A DNA stretch of 63,895 nucleotides, the filler included, from Folioceros fuciformis (lineage: Eukaryota), in the NCBI GenBank assembly GCA_049999805.1. It is 7 parts of 7 records of this genome, joined end to end, with 100 filler letters (N's around TTAATTAATTAA, not from the genome) between each part and the next. Parts side by side here need not be neighbours in the genome. Positions count along the whole stretch, not along the records: positions 55,498 to 62,756 come from JBNGIO010001071.1; positions 62,857 to 63,895 come from JBNGIO010001162.1; 5 more parts are not named here. One strand, written 5' to 3'. Shown piece after piece: positions 60,923 through 63,895 of the stretch. Within the stretch, counting starts at the first letter, position 1. Every line of letters starts with the position of its first letter. The translations under genes and the position numbers were made by a program. The notes beneath the pieces are model-generated. The model made no database searches. It was not told the DNA's origin and was given only the letters and a program-made list of their open reading frames with translations.

Positions 60923-61760
60923 TGTCATGCTGTTGCTGTATGGGAAACAGAGCACCTAAGACTCTATGACTGGATACTGACTAGAGCATCCTGGGCATAA
61001 GCCCTGAATGTTGAAATGACTAGATACTGACTGGAGCATCTCGGGCATAAGCCCTGATGCTGAAGTGCTTGATGATGTCATGTACATGGCCCATGGATGG
61101 CCTGCACATGACATGTATGCCATACATGCATGTGTGCCATGTATGCATGCATATGGAGATGAAGGATGACATGTGATGTATGTGGACATGTGGCAGGTGA
61201 TGTGTCATGGCGCATGCAACCTATATGCATGGTTGTGCATGAAAGGCGCGGTGCTATGCCGCATATATAGATAGCAGATTTATATTAGAAGATATAGAAA
61301 ATACATAAAAATCATAAATCAAGGAAAGTAGGATTATAAAGTGCCCACCATCGATACGGGTGGACACTTCATCGAGAACTCCTGGGGGTTTTTGCCTATA
61401 TATGTAGGCACCCAGCCATGGATTCTCGGATTGTTGATGTTTGTCTTGTTCCAATAGACAGCCATACTTCGTCCCTGCTGTGTCTTTGTCTCCTAGAGGT
61501 TCTTGTGGTTCGTTGCATTGCCAGGTTGGGAGAATTTTCCAGCTTGATTTCACCTGTTGACGGGTCCCGGGTCTGCCTCTCTTAGGCAAACGTAGTCTCT
61601 TTTTGTAGCCTTGCTCTTGGCCATAGGTCAAGGACAAATTAAGGCTAGGATTGTTGCTCCTGGGCCGAAGGCCAAGGAGATCGCAGGCAGGCGGAAGCTT
61701 AGTGACCTAGCTTGGTAGACAGGCTAGGTAGGCATGCAGCTATGCGGCTGCTGCGCGACA
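60923..61760. mobile_element. Nested solo LTR (838 bp)
   Basis: TGTCATGC...GCGCGACA termini; flanks GGCT/AGCT; removing it restores the continuous sequence seen in the 35392-35652 copy. Confidence 0.72.
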
Positions 61761-62756
61761 AGCTCCCCTTTAGCTCCGATCATGCGTGGGATTGTCCTCA
61801 CTGTCCAGCGGTCGACTACACCTCTCTCAGTGCCCACAAATTCACTCCAATCACTACAATGACGCTAACCTCAGATCTATGACTTCCCTCACTCACTCAC
61901 TCACTCCAACACCGGCACTAGCAACCAGGAACAACACCACTACCTTCTACACTTCCCTATTAACTCCCCCACTTGACAAGAGTCACTAGACTAACCCCAA
62001 AGAAGAGTATGGCGCCACCCACGATCCTACCAGACACCATGCAAACATGGTCGGGACTCACTCCAGCCCTGCGAGGAAACAAGAATGACACATCATGGGG
62101 CACAACATGGAGAGCACGATCAAGAATTAAAGGGATCCAGCCCTTAATCATGGCCACCACTTCTCAAGGCTTTATCAAACGCTACACATATGCACAGCCG
62201 GCACACACTACTATATCCAAGCAAGGACAACCCAAGAGAGATCGTAAAGTGATAATCTACCTCCTAGGAGCTTACTCTATCTTATAGGAGCCTCTCTCTC
62301 TTACCTCACCTCTCTCTAGCTTGACAATTATTATTTTAATAAGACAACTAGCCTAGAAAGTTGTCACCAGCCACTTATTTAGACTTCCCTAGCACGGCCC
62401 GCTGCCAATATTGATGAGCTAGCCCTACAACCTACTGACCCTACCACCACAAGTATCCACTACCTATTAAAAGACTCTAAGACCTTGAAGGATGCCTCAT
62501 CTTCAAAGATCTTGCGGCCGCCACCTCTCTTGTTAGATGGTTGCCCGCAAAGCCTTCCCCTGCAACTATTCCGGAACCTAGTGGCTAAGGTTGCCTCCAT
62601 GGGAGAAGTATGAGCAGTGGAAGAAGAAAGGGGAGAGGTCAAAAGAAGAGTGATCAGCAGCCAAAACTGGGCTTGAAATCAGCAGATTATTCAGCAGAAT
62701 TGGCTTCCAGCTGAAATGGTTCCTCGGCCATTGAAAATTGATCCCGGGAAGTTGGG

Positions 62757-62856
62757 NNNNNNNNNNNNNNNNNNNNNNNNNNNNNNNNNNNNNNNNNNNN
62801 TTAATTAATTAANNNNNNNNNNNNNNNNNNNNNNNNNNNNNNNNNNNNNNNNNNNN
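62757..62856. other. Artificial contig spacer
   Basis: 44N-TTAATTAATTAA-44N. Confidence 0.98.
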
Positions 62857-63382
62857 GCAGTTGAGCAGTCATCTCCATGTCCGTGATCTTGGTCCCCAAC
62901 GCAGCAAGTTGTGCTCGCAGGTGCCTCAACTTTGTGATATGTGCTCCAACTGGTTCTCCCTCCTTCAACCTGAGACTATGGATGTCATTTCTGACATTAA
63001 TCAAGGTATAGATATTCTGAACCTGATATGTCTCAATAAGTTGATTCTAGACTGCTTCAGCTGAGTCTAGGAAATCAACTTTAGTAACAGTCGTTTCGTC
63101 CAGGCCAGACAGTAAAATGGCGAAGGCGATTTTATTGCCCTTCTTCCATTTTGCTTTTTCATCTGCTAACGGTTGCACTGTTGCTGTGACAGGGACCAAG
63201 AATGGATTGGGAATGGATCTGTCCACATATTCCCAAACGTCTCTTGTGTCCAAGTTTGCCTTCATTTGGGCTTTCCAACTCTCAAAACGAAGAGGCTTTC
63301 CATAAAATCGATCTTTTTCCTTGAATTGTCCAGAATAGAGTGACCCTAGTGTCGTTGACTGTGAGGCCACTCCTGAAGACAT
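62857..63382 (-). mobile_element. Ty1/copia gag N-terminal fragment
   Basis: FESWKAQMKANLDTRDVWEYVD...SAEAV* (TGG>TAG-like stop) then LRLKEGEPVGAHITKL (UBN2-type gag). Confidence 0.82.
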
Positions 63383-63895
63383 AGTAAAACTACTGTGTAT
63401 CGTTGATTGTGAAGGAAGTGATGGAGAAAAATAAAGCCACGAGAAGGGAGAGCTCTCTGGGTCACTATCTGAATCGAACCAAGACATGCCCAAAGGAGCT
63501 CATCATAAGGCAAAACGAGACTAGATCAGACACGAACGGGTAAGTGTTGTTTTAAATAAACACTAAGTAAAGTCTTGTGAACTTGAAACAAGGAAACCCT
63601 AACTGAAAACTGACACCGGTTCATATCCATGTCCCAAGATGTCTAGTCAATACAGTTGGAAAAAATCTAGGTTCCTGAGAATGAAACCGACACACCGGTT
63701 AAGACCAACAATGTGCCACTTGTCCAAAAGACAGGAATGTCTAGCGGCTCTCACACACCCTGTCAGAGCTGAAAGCGGCTGGAGTGTGGCTCCAATGTGC
63801 TGTCACCTTCTCGCGCAAGCACAAGAGATTCAAGATACAAAGTAGCAAATGGCCGAGATTTAAAAATCGAGGCAGATGGTGTAGAAGACTTGCGC

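Noticed and set aside
1..63895. tRNA, rRNA or snRNA genes
   Set aside because: None recognised by eye; a tRNAscan-SE or Infernal run would be needed to exclude them.

Overview
Eukaryotic land-plant nuclear DNA. It is gene-dense with short GT-AG introns, which suggests a compact non-seed-plant genome such as Selaginella (inference). The window is seven contigs joined by artificial 100-nt spacers (44N-TTAATTAATTAA-44N), so adjacency across spacers is not evidence of linkage. Contig 1 (1-17908): 5'-truncated hAT-transposase-derived gene with two tandem zinc fingers, a plant DUF gene, chloroplast DnaJ-ferredoxin, DREB2-type AP2/ERF, ASP/ASPM-like CH-IQ-ARM protein and a DUF1685 gene. Contig 2 (18009-35291): LTR and non-LTR remnants, a NAT11/12 transporter, an At1g73970-like gene head-to-head with NEF1, and a decayed ParB-like ORF. 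Contig 3: TE debris ending in a 56-bp telomere-like minisatellite. Contig 4: SERAC1-like ARM/alpha-beta hydrolase and a peroxisomal copper amine oxidase. Contigs 5-7: decayed copia and gypsy-type retroelements with nested LTRs. The most unusual signals are five dispersed ~58-nt copies of a putative three-way-junction RNA structure inside a probable LTR (58364-58929), the apparently domesticated double-zinc-finger hAT gene, and the ParB-like remnant. All family calls come from motif recognition, not database searches.
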